Shown: positions 47,987 through 62,250, numbered from the stretch's first letter. The stretch: DNA of 64,000 nucleotides from Anthoceros angustus (GCA_010909165.1 VJWM01000108.1:992001-1056000), one strand, 5' to 3'. Numbers and translations are program-made. Notes: generated by a model not told the origin, from the sequence alone.

Positions 47987-50900
47987 CCCTACTAGAAATG
48001 GCAGCCCATGTTACACTTTATGTTAAGATTTGGACCCCTGGATGTAACACTCATGTTGCAATTTTGGGGTCATGTAACACTTTTTGGGCCCCTTGTTACA
48101 CTTTGGCTTGGAAACCATACCACTTTGTTGCAATCATGTTGCAATAGTGTTGCAATTATGTTAAGATGAAGTGAGAGGTGGTTTTGCCCTCTCTCAAAAT
48201 TGCAACATGATTGCAACATATAAAGTGTTACAAGAAAAGTCTTGTAACACTTTTGGAGGCTTGGTACCGAACCTCCTCCCCATCCACCATTGCCCTTTTA
48301 CTTTTGCCCTTGAAATACCACGTTTTACTTGGTATTTACCACCGATACACCCTTCAATATGACCATATACAAATACCTGTATCAATACATCCTTGTACTA
48401 TACGCATGTAATCTACGGTGATAAATGTACTATATTATTCTAAGTGCTATCTGGTATTCAATTTCATATAAAATAAGTTTGTATATTACGCGTATTACAT
48501 AATTACCGTATACATATTCATGGTACCATACTTTGTATTTACTATACGTGTAAATAGCGGCGCCCTTTATACCCCTACTTTATAGCATGCGGCGTGCGGT
48601 TTGTCCTTCCACATCACCAATAGCCATCGGCTCCGCCATGGCGCCCAAGAAGATATTGTCCCCACCTATCACCTTCGTGACGCATCACGTGAGGTAACTG
48701 ATCCGTTAGCTAGTTACGCAACAACGAAAATTGACAGAAATCACGATCGGAGCGGTCTTGGCGACCTTGCAATGCTCGCAAGTACAAGATCCGCTTGCGG
48801 CTGTACACATGATCCCGCCACAATCCCTTCACCAACATCATGTCACATTGGTTACGCATCGGTGAAAATTGAATCACGGCATGAAACGGGTCTCTACTTG
48901 AAATCACGGCATGGAACGGGCCTCCTCCTCTTCCTTTCCTCTCCCCTTCTCCTTCTTCCCATCTCCCCTCCATCTCCCCTCCTTCCTCCCCTTCTCCTTA
49001 TAAAGCTTGACCCTCAAGCCGTGGCAAAAGAACATAGTTTTGAACATTTTCACCTTAGTTATAATAGTTGAGACGTGCATGTCATCTCTCAAGCTCTGTG
49101 ACTAGTTGCATTCCTTTCATCAGGCAACAACGACAAGCATGTCGGTTGTAAGGTGGACGGAAATTGCACAAGCTACATTGCAAGCCGCGAACAACTTGGG
49201 ACATTAATCCCACCCATCTCTTCCGATTTTCCATCACCGCTCGAGAGCCTTTCCATCAAAAGTCAAGCTACCACATTCTCGCCCACCAAAAGCGCAATCT
49301 AATAATTTGAACAAGCGAGACCACGCAGAGCAAACTAAGGACAAAACAAAGCAATACATACACGGAAATCAATAAAGTTCGTTCACACCTTCCTCGGGAT
49401 TTGAGCAAGCGTATACCACACATGATCAAAATTCCTACATTGTGAGAACAAACAAGTTTCACTCCATGAACCTTACAATGCATAACGTCGTCATGCCGGT
49501 GGTGGTCCAACATGGTAAAGATGGACGGAAAAAGCGTTAACTCCAAGAAGCTAAGCATAAAACCATGGAAGCTGTCCTCCAATTGCACGCCACGGCACTC
49601 CATTCACGTCTGCTCGTGCGCCAACGAGCTTAGACTCGATTAGATAGCGGACTGCGATTTGCGAGCCGAGCTCGAAAGAGTGCAGTGCAACTACGGTGAA
49701 ATAACGGCGAAACAAAGTCAATTGGCCATGTGTCCGATGGCGAGCAAAAATGGAAGCACGAGCTGAAAAAGTATCCCAAGTAAGAGGTGCATTACCATCC
49801 ACCGGTGGGTTCTGAATTCGAGCTCGAAAGTCCTCATCCGCCTCACCCGCCTAAACACGTTGCTCAACCATGATCCAGATCTGGACACAGTTCATGGATC
49901 TTCCTTGATGCCACTTTCCTCTCTCGGCGAGGTTTGCTCCAAAAATGCCCTCGGTGGGCAGTAGTTCTCCGCCCCCTCCTTGTGCCTGCAATTCACACGC
50001 ACTCTTCCCTGCAGGTGATCCGGACTTGTTGGTGTTTATTTTTCACTGTTTCCTTTCTGCTTGAAGCACATCACACCAAGCGCAATCGCAGTGCGGATGT
50101 CGGGCACAATTGGAAAGACTATCCATCCTCTAACGATTCTTTGCATTTGGATCGCGGATGGCGATTGAAACCCATTCCTCGTAGACCGGTACCAGATCCG
50201 CACCATCGTGAGAAGGAGTGAGCACCGGTGGACGCGCAATGTCCGGTGACATCAAATCGGCATTCGTACAAAACCAAGTTGCTGGCGGATCTGGTGGCTG
50301 GACCCACAAATGAGGAGGAGCGGATCTGGTCCGGACCAAGAGTGAAAGCGTGATCCGGTCGGAAAAGATAGAAGAGGAGGAGATGTTTGTGCAATCGCTT
50401 AGCAAAGGTGAGTGGCATCTTGCGCACGCGGGTGAAACGTCTAGGCCAGTTGAACACCGCACGGCAACATTGGGCGATAAGCGCATTCGTTTGCGAGCGT
50501 GGACGCCGCCATCGGCGTATCTGCGATCACGTGCCACTGCGCGCGCAACTGCGAGGCCCCACCACACGCCGTCTCCTTTCAAATTCGCAATCAAAATTTG
50601 GGTAGCTGGTAAGAACCGTAGTCGAGTCAAAATGTCCGTCATATCCATGTTGGAAAGTAAAGGAAAACTTACATACTAGAAATGGTATCAGCGGTGGGAG
50701 GAGCGCAACCGATGAGTTGAAGTGGGTAGCAAGGCATGGATTGGAGAGCATGCCGAGATCGGAGTGGTATAGTGGTCGTTGAGGGTTAATGGAATGCTTA
50801 GTTGTGCGAAAGGTTGGTGCGGCGTGGTGATATGTAGGACGTGAGCTCTAAGTGATGTGTGTGCATGATTGTAGGGAAGGGAAGGAAAGCTGGTGGAAGG

Positions 50901-52306
50901 TGAAGGCCATGTCGGGAGGAAGGCACAAATACCGGTGGAGAGAAGGAAGATGGAGGAAAGGTGGCAAGCAGGGCGTCACCATCAAGTGATGCCGAGGCAA
51001 CGTAGATGGTGGGGAACTGGATGTGTGATGGCATTGCCACGACAAGGCGTATCACACGATCTGTGTCTAAAAGCGTGAGTCAGTCAGGGGCGTTGGAGTC
51101 GCCATGCATGGGTGGACCGGTGATGGTCAATCGGCAACAAAGCGGAGGAAATTGGTCTTCCCACCTTTGTAGCCTAGCATTTCTGGTCCTCTGCCGTTAA
51201 AGTGGTAATTGAGGTCTGGATAGGTCTAGGAAGTTGTGGAGGAACCACGAAAACAATGGTGTTGGTCTAAAGAGTCACCAAGTGACGTCGCGTCGCTTTA
51301 GTTTAGAGGCACATGTTTGTATTGCATGACGCATATGTTCATATCACTTGAAAGACGACATGTTCGTAGTTAAAGCCAATGACATCGGTGGCAACAAAGT
51401 GAAAGGGATAGAGGACGCTTGAAGTGTCCAAAATTCCAATTAATTTGTCAATAAAATCAAACATATATATATGCAAGGTATGAGAGTGAGTAAGGGTTAG
51501 CACATACATATTAGTACATAAACAAGTCTTGAAGCCTATATACATATATATACAAAGGAGGTACATATAAGTACACTAATATAATATAAGTCCACTAATA
51601 TAATATAAGTATAACAAGGATGTGTACATATATATGTACACATACTTATATGCAAAGGATATGCAAAGGAGGTAAAATAGGAAGAGAAGGATACCCCGGG
51701 AGATAGAGGTCCTTGTTACAATCATGTTACAAGAGGAAGAGGAAGAGTATAAAATGGTTGTGATAGGGGAGCTCCTTCTCACAATCATGATGGAGGAGAA
51801 GGAGTGAAAGAGTATAAAAGGGTGTGATAAGGGGAGCAATAACTAGCATGGTGAGGTGAGAGAGAGAGACCAAGCATTGTGTTAAGATGGTGTGAGAAGG
51901 TGGATAAGAAATTGACACCTTGAACACCAAGCCACCAAAGAGTGTTGCAATTTTGAAGTGGTACATGAAGTGAGAGACCAAGCATTGTGTTAGGATGGTG
52001 GGAGAAGGAAGAGAAAAATTGACCAAGTGAACACGTCATCAAAACGTGTTGCAAGTTGGAAGTGTTACATAAAATTGCAACAACGATCGAATAAGGGCAA
52101 GTGGGAAATTATTAACAATGCTTGTGAGAGAGGGGGGGTATCCATAAGGGTGAGGTGGGAAGAGAGAGTGCAAGGTTCGTGTTAAGATGGTTGCACTAAG
52201 CGGGGAATGACAAACTTAATACCAAGCCTCCAAAACATGTTGCAATGTGGAAGTGTAACAAAAATTGCAACATCGATTGTAACATAGGTGCCCTTTTCTA
52301 GTAGGG
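47987..52306. mobile_element. Non-autonomous CACTA/CMC-type DNA transposon with CCCTA termini, TSD ATG
   Basis: TIRs CCCTACTAGAAA / TTTCTAGTAGGG; ATG on both sides; excision restores VLWHARLGH; many subterminal tgttgcaa/gtaaca repeats; no transposase seen. Confidence 0.9.
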
Positions 52307-53682
52307 ATGGCACGCACGCTTGGGTCATGTTAATCGCACAACAATGATTTCCATGAGCAAGCATGCTGGTTATCGAGAACCCTTACCTTCTTGTCTGAAG
52401 GATTTGCCACTCTGTGAGACATGTGCTTTGGCCAAACAGAAGGAACTTTCTTTTCCCAGCACATCTGCTCACAGATCTACTCAACTGCTCGCATTGGTCC
52501 ATGCTGATATCTCAGGCCGCCTTCAGGTTTCTTCACTTGGGGTGACATTATTTAACTATCAGCATGATTACAGAGATACACATGGACATTCCCATGCACA
52601 AGAAAAGCGACACCTTTCCTTTATTTCGGGATTGGCTAGTCATCGACAACGCATAAACGTTGCCTCTTGAAGTCGGTGTCCGATAATGGGACAGAATTTG
52701 TTAATACTGCCTTCTCTACTTTCCTGGAATCATAAGGCATTATACATCAGCTTATTGTCCCATACACGCAGTTAAGAACGGCGTCAACGAAAACCAGACA
52801 CTTATGGGAATGGCAAGAGCTATGCTATTATGGTCGTTTACCATCCCCATATTGGGCAGAGGCAGTTGTCACGTCCACATATATTCCGAACAAAGTTACA
52901 ACCGCCTCTAACCTCCAAGACACCATATGAGCTTTTCTGGAAACGTAAGCCCAGCTTACTACATCTTAGGGTATTTGGCTCCAAGGCCTTCGCATATATA
53001 CCTTCTGAGAAGCGACGCAAGCTTGACAACAGGTCTCACAGCCTTATTTTTATTGGCTACAGCGAAGATGTAAAAGCTTACAAGCTTATTGACCCTTCTT
53101 CACGTCAGCCTGTCCTAGCGCGTAGTGTAACTTTCGTTGAACCACTGCAGCCAGTTGCACAGTCAGCAATTTATGACACATATTCTGGCTCAAATGTATC
53201 ACCTGTTACTCTGGACGATGAGGATGATTCTAATGGAATTATTTCAGTTTACCCTCTTGATGCTGATGGTGATCCAAGTGTCCCTCCTGTCCAGCCTGTC
53301 TCACCTCCTTTTGCTCATATGAATGCTGATCCACCAGCCCAGCCTGATGTCCCTGATGTTCTTGATGCACCTGGTCCACCCTTAGATGATGCAGCACAAG
53401 CACTGTTAGATCCAGATGATTTTGCAGTCGCTGATGATCATGAAGATGCACTCACCAAGCTTCCCTGAATGCACATGAGTTGGAATTACTGCGATGCTCA
53501 CTGGTAGATGCCCCGATCCGAGATCTTTGGACTTGACGATCTACTCGCCATCGCCCTCCACCATCGATTGGCAAGAGCCCGATATACATCTATAGACTTC
53601 CGGAAGCACACCGCATGCCATGCCTTCCATCCCTATTGTCCCACCCGAGCTCGCCACCGAAAGAAGCATTCAGTCCGGATAA

Positions 53683-55443
53683 AGAAAATGCCAAAGAGCG
53701 TGACGATTAGTATTAGAGCGCCGCCGCGACTTTTTCCTTTCTAGGCCGACGTGTAAGGGCTGGGATTAATGGAGTGCGTGTTGCCGAGTGGCACGCCTCG
53801 CACATTTTGAATGGACGTGTTCATCATCCCCCACCAAATTTAAAATACCCTCCCCTTCCTCCCTGCCTCCCACCTAGCCCCTTGCTAGTCCACCAAATTT
53901 ATAACTTTGCTTACATTTTACAATGTTGCTTATACTTCACAACGCAATCTACAACATGGGAGCCACATCATCGATCCCCTGTTATAAATGAACTCTAATC
54001 ATATTTTTGAAATCAATACCAATAATAAAGACTTTTGACGAAATAAAGATCAAATATCAAATTTTGAGAAAGAGATTTTACAATGTAATCTACAACAAGG
54101 GAGGCACGTCATCAATCCACCGCTGCAAATGGTCTTCAATAATATTTTTTGTGATTAATAACAATAATAAAGAGTTTAAAAAAATGAAGAACACATTTCG
54201 AGAAAAATATTTTACAACGTAATCTACAACAAGGGAGCCACATCATCAATCGCTGATATATATTACCTCAAATCATATTTTTTGATTAATAATAAAAAAG
54301 AGTTTTAACAGAATAAAGAATACATTTTGAGAAAAATATTTTACAATGTAATCTATAACAAGGAAGCCACATCATCAATTGCTATTGTAAATGGCTTCCA
54401 ATCATATTTTTTTGATTAATGATGATAAAAATATTTTTTTGAAGAAATAAAGATCAAAATTTGAGAAAAAAGGCTTTACAACGTAATCTACAACAAGGGC
54501 GCCCAACGCCCGACAATGGCTGGCCCGACGATGGCTGGCCCGACAGGAGGAGGTTGCTGCTAGCAGTAAGTCATTAGCAAAAATTGCTTCATCTGCCTCC
54601 TCATCATTTTGCTGTTGTTCTTCTTCGCAGAGCAATCTCCTCAGCGAAGTCGGAAAAACAAAGGACGCTGTGAAGAGCAAAGAGGTCGAAATCCTCCTGT
54701 AGTGGGAACAGCCCCACTTGCGGCCAAGTCCGGCTTTCATCAAAGGTGACATCAAGGCGTAGACCACCTTGTTCGAGGTACGTCATAAAGCTTGTAAGCT
54801 TTTATACCTGTATCCTATCATAAGGAATTTCTTGGCCTTAGAGCTAACTTGGTTCTCTTGGCCTTAGGAATGAAAGCGTAAGCTATGCAACCAAGGTTCA
54901 AGATGAAGGATAGCTGGTTTTCTACCAAAGAAAGCTTCATAAGGGTCTCCCTAAGATGCAGCAGGCAACTGCGTAAATAAACAGTCATGAGGGCCTCCAA
55001 GATGGGAGTGGCGGTGAGGCTTGGTGGAACAAGGAAGAAACCATCTCCTGCAGTGTTAAATTCAAGCGCTCAGCTACAACATTTTGTTGTGGTGTGTATA
55101 AGTTGTCGTCCTATCCTCATCCGCACAATAGGCTTGAAATTTGTTTGATGTGAATTCACCACCATTGTCGAACGGAGGGTTTTCACTGCTTTCCACCATC
55201 TCTCTCTGTATACTTCATGTAGTCTTTAAAATAGGAGAAGTATTCACTTTGGCTTTCGTAATATAAGCCATGACAACTGTCTTGTCGCCTATGAATGTTA
55301 GGAAATATCCGCCACCACCAATTGAGTGAAAGTGGCTCACATATGTCGCGGGACGAGCTCAAGAACGAAGCCTGTGAGGAGCTTGAAGTTCTTGATGACG
55401 CTTGACAAGATCTGCTTCACAAAGTGGTAAGGGTGGCAAACCG
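53683..55443 (-). mobile_element. RT-less Copia derivative, copy B fragment inside Copia-3
   Basis: Matches ~58397-60184 with many small deletions; joins Copia-3 RT at gcaaaccgc. Confidence 0.8.
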
Positions 55444-57938
55444 CAAACCTATCACATGCAAATGGATGTTTGCACGGCTTTTCTCCATGGCATCCTGGAA
55501 GAAGAGTTGTACATGGAGCGCCTGTAAGGCTATGTCGATCCGCACATCCGGACTATGTATGTTTCCTCATCAAATGCCTCTATGGGCTCAAGCAAAGTGC
55601 AGAACGATGGTACAAGCGTTGTGATAAAGCACTTAAGTCCCTTGGCCTTCGCCAATGCACAGCAGACTCCAATGTATATGTCCTGCAGGATGGAGCCAAT
55701 TATGTTCTTCTGGCACTGTATGTTGATGACGTCATCCTGGCTTCTAACAGTACTGACCTTCTTACCCGTGTCAAGGGTCTCCTTAGCCGACCTTCGAGAT
55801 GACAGATAGTGGTGACCTTCGCCTGCTTTAGGCATCCAATTACTCGTGGTTAGGTCCGAACGGCTCTTGATCATTCATCAACACAAGTACATAGCGTAAA
55901 TTTTGCATAAGTTTAACATGCTTGCACATCCAAAGAAGTACACGGAGCTGCTTGGGGCTAAACTTACCCGTTATGAATGCCCTCTGACTGATGCTGATAA
56001 GGCAGATATGGCTGATGTTCCTTATCGTCACGCAGTAGGTAGCTTGATTTTTGTGAGCAATTGGACTCGCCCTGACATTCAACACTCGGTTAGTACAGTC
56101 TCCCAATTTATGGAGAACACAGGCCGAGCCCATTGGACTGCTGTCAAGAGGATATTTCGATATTTACGTGGAACTCACTTCTATGGCCTTTGTTACAAGC
56201 ATACTGGACAGTCCCCACTTACCTTGCATGGCTTCACAGACGCCGATTGGGCTTCCGGTGACTCTAGGAAGAGTCTCGACCTATGTTTTTCTCCTTGCAG
56301 CCGCCGTTAGCCGAGTCATAAGAAGCAAACCAGCATTGCGTTATCATCTTCCGAGGCGGAATATAAATCACAGCGGATGCAACTAAGGAAATCGAATGGG
56401 AAAGGTCTTTTCTTGATATCGGCCAAGAGCGATTAGGTCCCACTCACCGCAGCAGATAACCGCCATTGCTCTTGTCTCCAATCCTCGGTTCCATGCTCGT
56501 ACAAAACACATCGAGATACAGCACCACTATGTCAGAGATGCTGCTGAGAGGGGAATTACCAAGGTTTTATATGTTCCCACAGATGATAACACAGCAGACA
56601 TTCTGACTAAGGCTCTTCCCAAAGACAAGCATTACAAGCATATGGAAGGCCTCGGGCTGATTGTTTACAAGCCCTACTTTCTCAAAGAGTAACTCACAGA
56701 TGGGGGGGGTGAGGTCTTCAACCTCAGATATGTGGAGATGCTGCCCGTTTTTTCTATGTTTCTCAAGTGCTCAGTGTGTGCAAACGAATAGATCATGGTC
56801 TGCGGAACCATAAGCTATTACTTTTCGATGATCAAATGCATCGATGATCCTACATTCTGTGGGAGTGAACAGGATATGACTGTTGTTATCCATGTTGAGC
56901 TTCCTAACAGAGATGAGGTTCCTCGTCATTTCAGGGACATGATACACATCTGTGAGTAAGAGTGTGATCCCTGAAGGAACTGGAATTTTCACTGTGCCTA
57001 TTCCTGGAGACACAAGTGATCTATCGTCACCCAGGCAAACGAACTGATCTTTAGCTGGTCTATATGTGACGAATGCGCTTTATCGAAACTAATGCTAATT
57101 GTGATCAAGGTACCACTCATGTAATCGGGTCTCCCTTGTGTGTTTGTTGATGACATGTGGGTTAGCACCACTTCACCGCATGTGGATGAATCTGTCGCTC
57201 TAATCACCGGATGCCGTGTCTTTTCTCCTCCTCCGCAATATCTTCAGCAGAGTAGTCTCTGCTTCTTGAAGGGGTCCGAGCTAGTTTCGTTGCTGTATCC
57301 TGGAGTGTCTTCTCCTCGCAGGCTTTGCCCGGAGTATGTTGAAGAGAACTTTCCAGCCTCCGACCACGATGGCGGCGCCACTATGTGGGTTTTCATCCCA
57401 CTCCTCTTCACCGCTTCTTCTTGGCGCTCATACGTGTCCTACTGCTTGGACCTTTTCGAGGGCATTGTGCACACTAGGGCCATACAACTTGGACTCAAAT
57501 AAGATGCAAGTGATGAGGACCGCGTATGCAGCTGCGAGATTTGTAGCAGTCTCCATGACTCTCCAGCTCACGCGTCCTTGTTTGGTTATGATCGCCGCAA
57601 TTCAAGTTCCCTGCGCCCGCTTCTGCCTCGTGACTGTCCTGTGTCTTCTTCATTGATGACCCTGTCCTTCATCAATTGCGCCCAGACCTCCCTAAGCTCG
57701 TTTTGCTTAAGGGAGGGTGTTAGGAATTAAGCCTTACTCGCTTAGGGTTAATTATCGGGTTATTTATATTTAGGTTTTATTATCTAAGGGTCATCTAGTG
57801 AAGAGGCACCTAGTGCATATATAGATATACTTTTAAACACTTTTTGTATATTATTATTCTTATCAATTTGTCTCATGTTCTTTTCTCTCTTGCTCTCCCT
57901 TTCTGGTCATATCCTATTGTCATGTCCAATAATTATCA

Positions 57939-58310
57939 GCTGGCCTAAACCCTAAACCCTGACAATGGCTGGCCGGACAATGGCTGGCCATACAATGGCT
58001 GGCCCGACAATAGCTGGGCATACAATGGCTGGCCCGACAATGGCTGGCCCGACAATGGCTGGCCATACGATGGTTGATCATACAATGGCTGGCCAAAATC
58101 CAAGAATGGTGCCTAACGCCCGGCAATGGCTGGCCCGACGATGGTTGGCCCGATGATGGCTGGCCCGACAATGGCTGGCCCGACAATGGCTGGGCATAAA
58201 ATGGTTGGCCAAAATCCAGGAATGGCGCCCAACGCCCGACAATGGCTGGGCATAAAATGGCTGGCCAAAATCTAGGAATGGCGCGCCGACAATGGTCGCC
58301 ATATAATGGC
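57939..58310. repeat. 15-bp satellite array, right part
   Basis: Continues the 43010-43578 array after the TSD. Confidence 0.95.
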
Positions 58311-61300
58311 CCGCAAAGGCGGCATGTACAACATGTACCATCGGGAGTGCGACTTGCTTGTGGGTGTAGAGGTGGCACCTCATAATAAGAACACTTAAGA
58401 AAATGCCAAAGAGCGTGACGATTAGTATTAGAGCGCCGCTCGCGACTTTTTCCTTTTAGGCCGTGTGTAAGGGCTGGGATTAATGGAGTGCGTGTTGCCG
58501 AGTGGCACGCCTCCGCACATTTTGAATGGACGTGTTCATCATCCCCCACCAAATTTAAAATACCCTCCCCTTCCTCCCGTCTCCCACCTAGCCCCCTTGC
58601 TAGTCCACCAAATTTATAACTTTGCTTACATTTTACAATGTTGCTTATACTTCACGCAATCTACAACATGGGAGCCACATCATCGATCCCCGTTATAAAT
58701 GAACTCTAATCATATTTTTGAAATCAATACCAATAATAAAGACTTTTGAAGAAATAAAGATCAAATATCAAATTTTGAGAAAAGATTTTACAATGTAATC
58801 TACAACAAGGGAGGCACGTCATCAATCCACGCTGCAAATGGTCTTCAATAATATTTTTGTGATTAATAACAATAATAAAGAGTTTAAAAAATGAAGAACA
58901 CATTTCGAGAAAAATATTTTACAACGTAATCTACAACAAGGGAGCCACATCATCAATCGCTGATATATATTACCTCAAATCATATTTTTGATTAATAATA
59001 AAAAGAGTTTTAATAATAAAGAATACATTTTGAGAAAAATATTTTACAATGTAATCTATAACAAGGAAGCCACATCATCAATTGCTATTGTAAATGGCTT
59101 CCAATCATATTTTTGATTAATGATGATAAAAATATTTTTTGAAGAAATAAAGATCAAAATTTGAGAAAAAGGCTTTACAACGTAATCTACAACAAGGGCG
59201 CCGACAATGGCTGGCCCGGATGGCTGGCCCGACAGAGGAGGTTGTCGTAAGTCATTAGCAAAATTGCTTCATCCGCCCTCATCATTTTGTTGTTCTTCTT
59301 CCCCAGAGCAATCTCCTCGTAAGTCGCGGAAAGTGGCGTCGGGAAGAGCAAGAGGTCGAAATCCTCCTGTGTAGTGGGAACAGCTCCCACTTGCGGCCAA
59401 GTCCGGCTTTCATCAAAGGTGACACTGCGTGCGTAGACCACCTTGTTCTGAGGTACGTCATAAAGCTTGTAAGCTTTTATACCTTCATTGTATCCTATCA
59501 TAAGGAATTTCTTGGCCTTAGCAGCTAACTTGGTTCTCTTGGCCTTAGGAATGAAAGCGTAAGCTATGCAACCGAAGGTTCGAAGATGAAGGATAGCTGG
59601 TTTTCTACCAAAGAAAGCTTCATAAGGGGTCTGTCCTAAGACTGCAGTGGTGGGCAATCTGTTGCGTAAATAAACAGCTGTCATGAGGGCCTCAGCCCAG
59701 TATGGGAGTGGCAGTGAGGCTTGGTGGAACAAGGAAGAAACCATCTCCTGCAGTGTTAAATTCAAGCGCTCAGCTACACCATTTTGTTGTGGTGTGTATA
59801 CGACTGTAAGTTGTCGTCCTATCCCTCATCTGCACAATAGGCTTGAAATTTGTTTGATGTGAATTCACCACCATTGTCAGAACGGAGGGTTTTCAGCTGT
59901 TTTCCAGTCCATCTCTCTGTATACTTCATGTAGTCTTTAAATAGGGAGAAGTATTCACTTTTGGCTTTCAGAATATAAGCCATGACAAATCTGGTCTTGT
60001 CGTCTATGAATGTTAGGAAATATCTGCCACCACCAATTGAGGGCTGTGAAAGTGGCTCACATATGTCAGTGTGGACGAGCTCAAGAACGTCTGAAGCCTT
60101 GTGAGGAGCTTGGTTCTTGAAGGCTGCTTGATGACGTTTGGACAGTACACAGGCTTCACAAAGTGGTAAGGGTGGCAAACCGCCAATTTTTCCATCACCA
60201 TACATGTCACTAGTTGCTAGTTTCTGTAACTTGGCACTGTGAGGGTGACCTAAACGTGCATGCCATAACCTAGCTTTTTCTATCTGCTTTGCAGCGCTTT
60301 GCAGTTGTCTCTGAAGACTTAGAAGCTAAGTGTGTTCTGGCATCACTGCTGTGTGTGTGTGCAAACGAAATAGATCATGGTCTGCGGAACCATAAGCTAT
60401 TACTTTTCCATGATCAAATGCATCGATGATCCTACATTCTGTGGGAGTGAACAGGATATGACTGTTGTTATCCATGTTGAGCTTCCTAACAAAGATGAGG
60501 TTCCTAGTCATTTCAGGGACATGATACACATATGTGAGTAAGAGTGTGATCCTGAAGGAACTGGAATTTTCACTGTGCCTATTCCTGGAGACACAAGTGA
60601 TCTATCGTCACCCAGGTAAACGAACTGATCTTTAGCTGGTCTATATGTGACGAATGCGTTTCTATCGAAACTAATGTGCGCTGTTGCACCTGTATCAAGG
60701 TACCACTCATGTACTGGTCTCCCTTGTGTGTTTGTTGACAGACATGTGGGGTTAGCAAGAGGATGAGCAAACTCCCTAGTCCCTACCGTCAGGGCTGAAG
60801 GGGAAGCTTGCTTTTTCACCATGGCGTGTGTCTCAAAAGTGGAGTTGCCCTCCTTGCGAGGTACCCCGGGCTTCTTCGACACTTGCTTTCCCAATGACCG
60901 AACTGCACCAGTGGCATTTTCCGTCTTCTTGGGTTTCTTCGTGAAGTAGCTCACGTGAGGTCAAGATCCAAGGAGATAATTGTATGCTATATATGTATGT
61001 CCTAGTGGAAAAGACTATCATAAAAAGTAGTTACACTTCTAAGATAGTATGTTATACATGCATGTCTTAGTATGAAAGACTACCATAAAGAGTAATTCCT
61101 CACTATATACGTATATCATAGCAAGAAAAGATAATATATCATATAAAGTGAGTATACAATTCTTGCAAAAATTAGCACTTGAGGTATTCTTTACCTCGAG
61201 TTAGGCTTGCCGCCTTTGTTTCGCTTTGTGGTGTGAAGAGCTGCGCTTGCGCATGCCCTAGTTCCTCTTGTTGCTTCTTCCCGAGAAGAGCTCTCACTAA

Positions 61301-62250
61301 CTCAAAACGTTGTTTGGGGAAGGGTAAAGCCTGCAGCCTTAGCTAGTTTCGGCCCTGGCTGCGGCGTTGTAGGACGTCACAAAAGTGTGACCATGACTGG
61401 GAGTGACATCATGAAAATACAATGTGAGTAAATCATGCTTGAGAGATTCTTGAGAAGCGCTCTCTAGCTTAGAAACCAGTGTTCTAAAGAATCCAAGATG
61501 TTTTTCAATTGTATCTCCGCTCTCATTTTTGCGCTCAACATTGTGAAGTGTCCGTCGACTTGTGGTATTTTGTGCTCGTAGATCTTGAAGCTGGACCATA
61601 TCTCGTGAAGTCTTGCATCCAGTCTCACGAGCATGTCGAGGTCAACCCACTCCGGATCGGTACATGGCGCTTCATCCCTAATATATTGTCCATGCATCCC
61701 GATTCTTCTTTCAAGAGTAGAAGGAGTGGAGTCCAGTACAATGGCGAAACTTGTCCTCCCCTTTGGCCAGCTTCCATAGCTGCTTGTTTTGTAGTGCTCC
61801 TCGCATCCGCATAACCTAGATATCATAATCTGCTCCCCAAATCTGTCCTTTTCCTTGAAGCCATCTCCACCAAGGTTAGTGTTTGGCTCAGCCATGATTA
61901 AGATTTTTGTAGGTCCTTCCTAGCTGTTAGGATTTTTATGTCTGTTAGACTAATGCTCCTGTCTGACCTAACCTGTGCAGGTCAACAGGGCTGATGGTTC
62001 AAGGGTATCTAAGATGCTATTGATGCATCAAAGATGGCCGCAAACCGCGCCGCTTACAAAGGGTTAGGTGGTTAGCATGTCCATTACGTAGGTTGACAGG
62101 CTGCATTTGAACTTTGTTTGCAATCCTTTGTTTTCTAATCTCCCACTTGTTAAATGCATAGGTGGAGCAAGAGGGACATGAATTTGGAGCATCAAATGTA
62201 TGCAGCTTATTTGTTTTATTTGCACGCTTACATGCAACACCCCTGGAGGC
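58311..62250 (-). mobile_element. RT-less Copia derivative, copy C (gag-protease-integrase)
   Basis: gag 61895; EWYLDTGATAHI; WHARLGHP; LELVHTDIC; LRSDNGGEF; YWAEALMTA; no RT or RNase H before the AT-rich repeats and satellite. Confidence 0.88.

Larger units (their letters stand above)
43579..57938 (+). mobile_element. Ty1/Copia LTR retrotransposon (Copia-3), heavily interrupted, TSD GCTGG
   Basis: LTRs 43579-43800 and 57718-57938 (TG..CA); PBS 43801; PPT aagggaggg; gag 44712-45240 + 46783-47496 (CNWCGIPGHWAKEC); WFLDSGATAHIC; IN 52307-53130; RT LYGLKQ/LYVDD; RNase H to ~56690. Confidence 0.93.
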
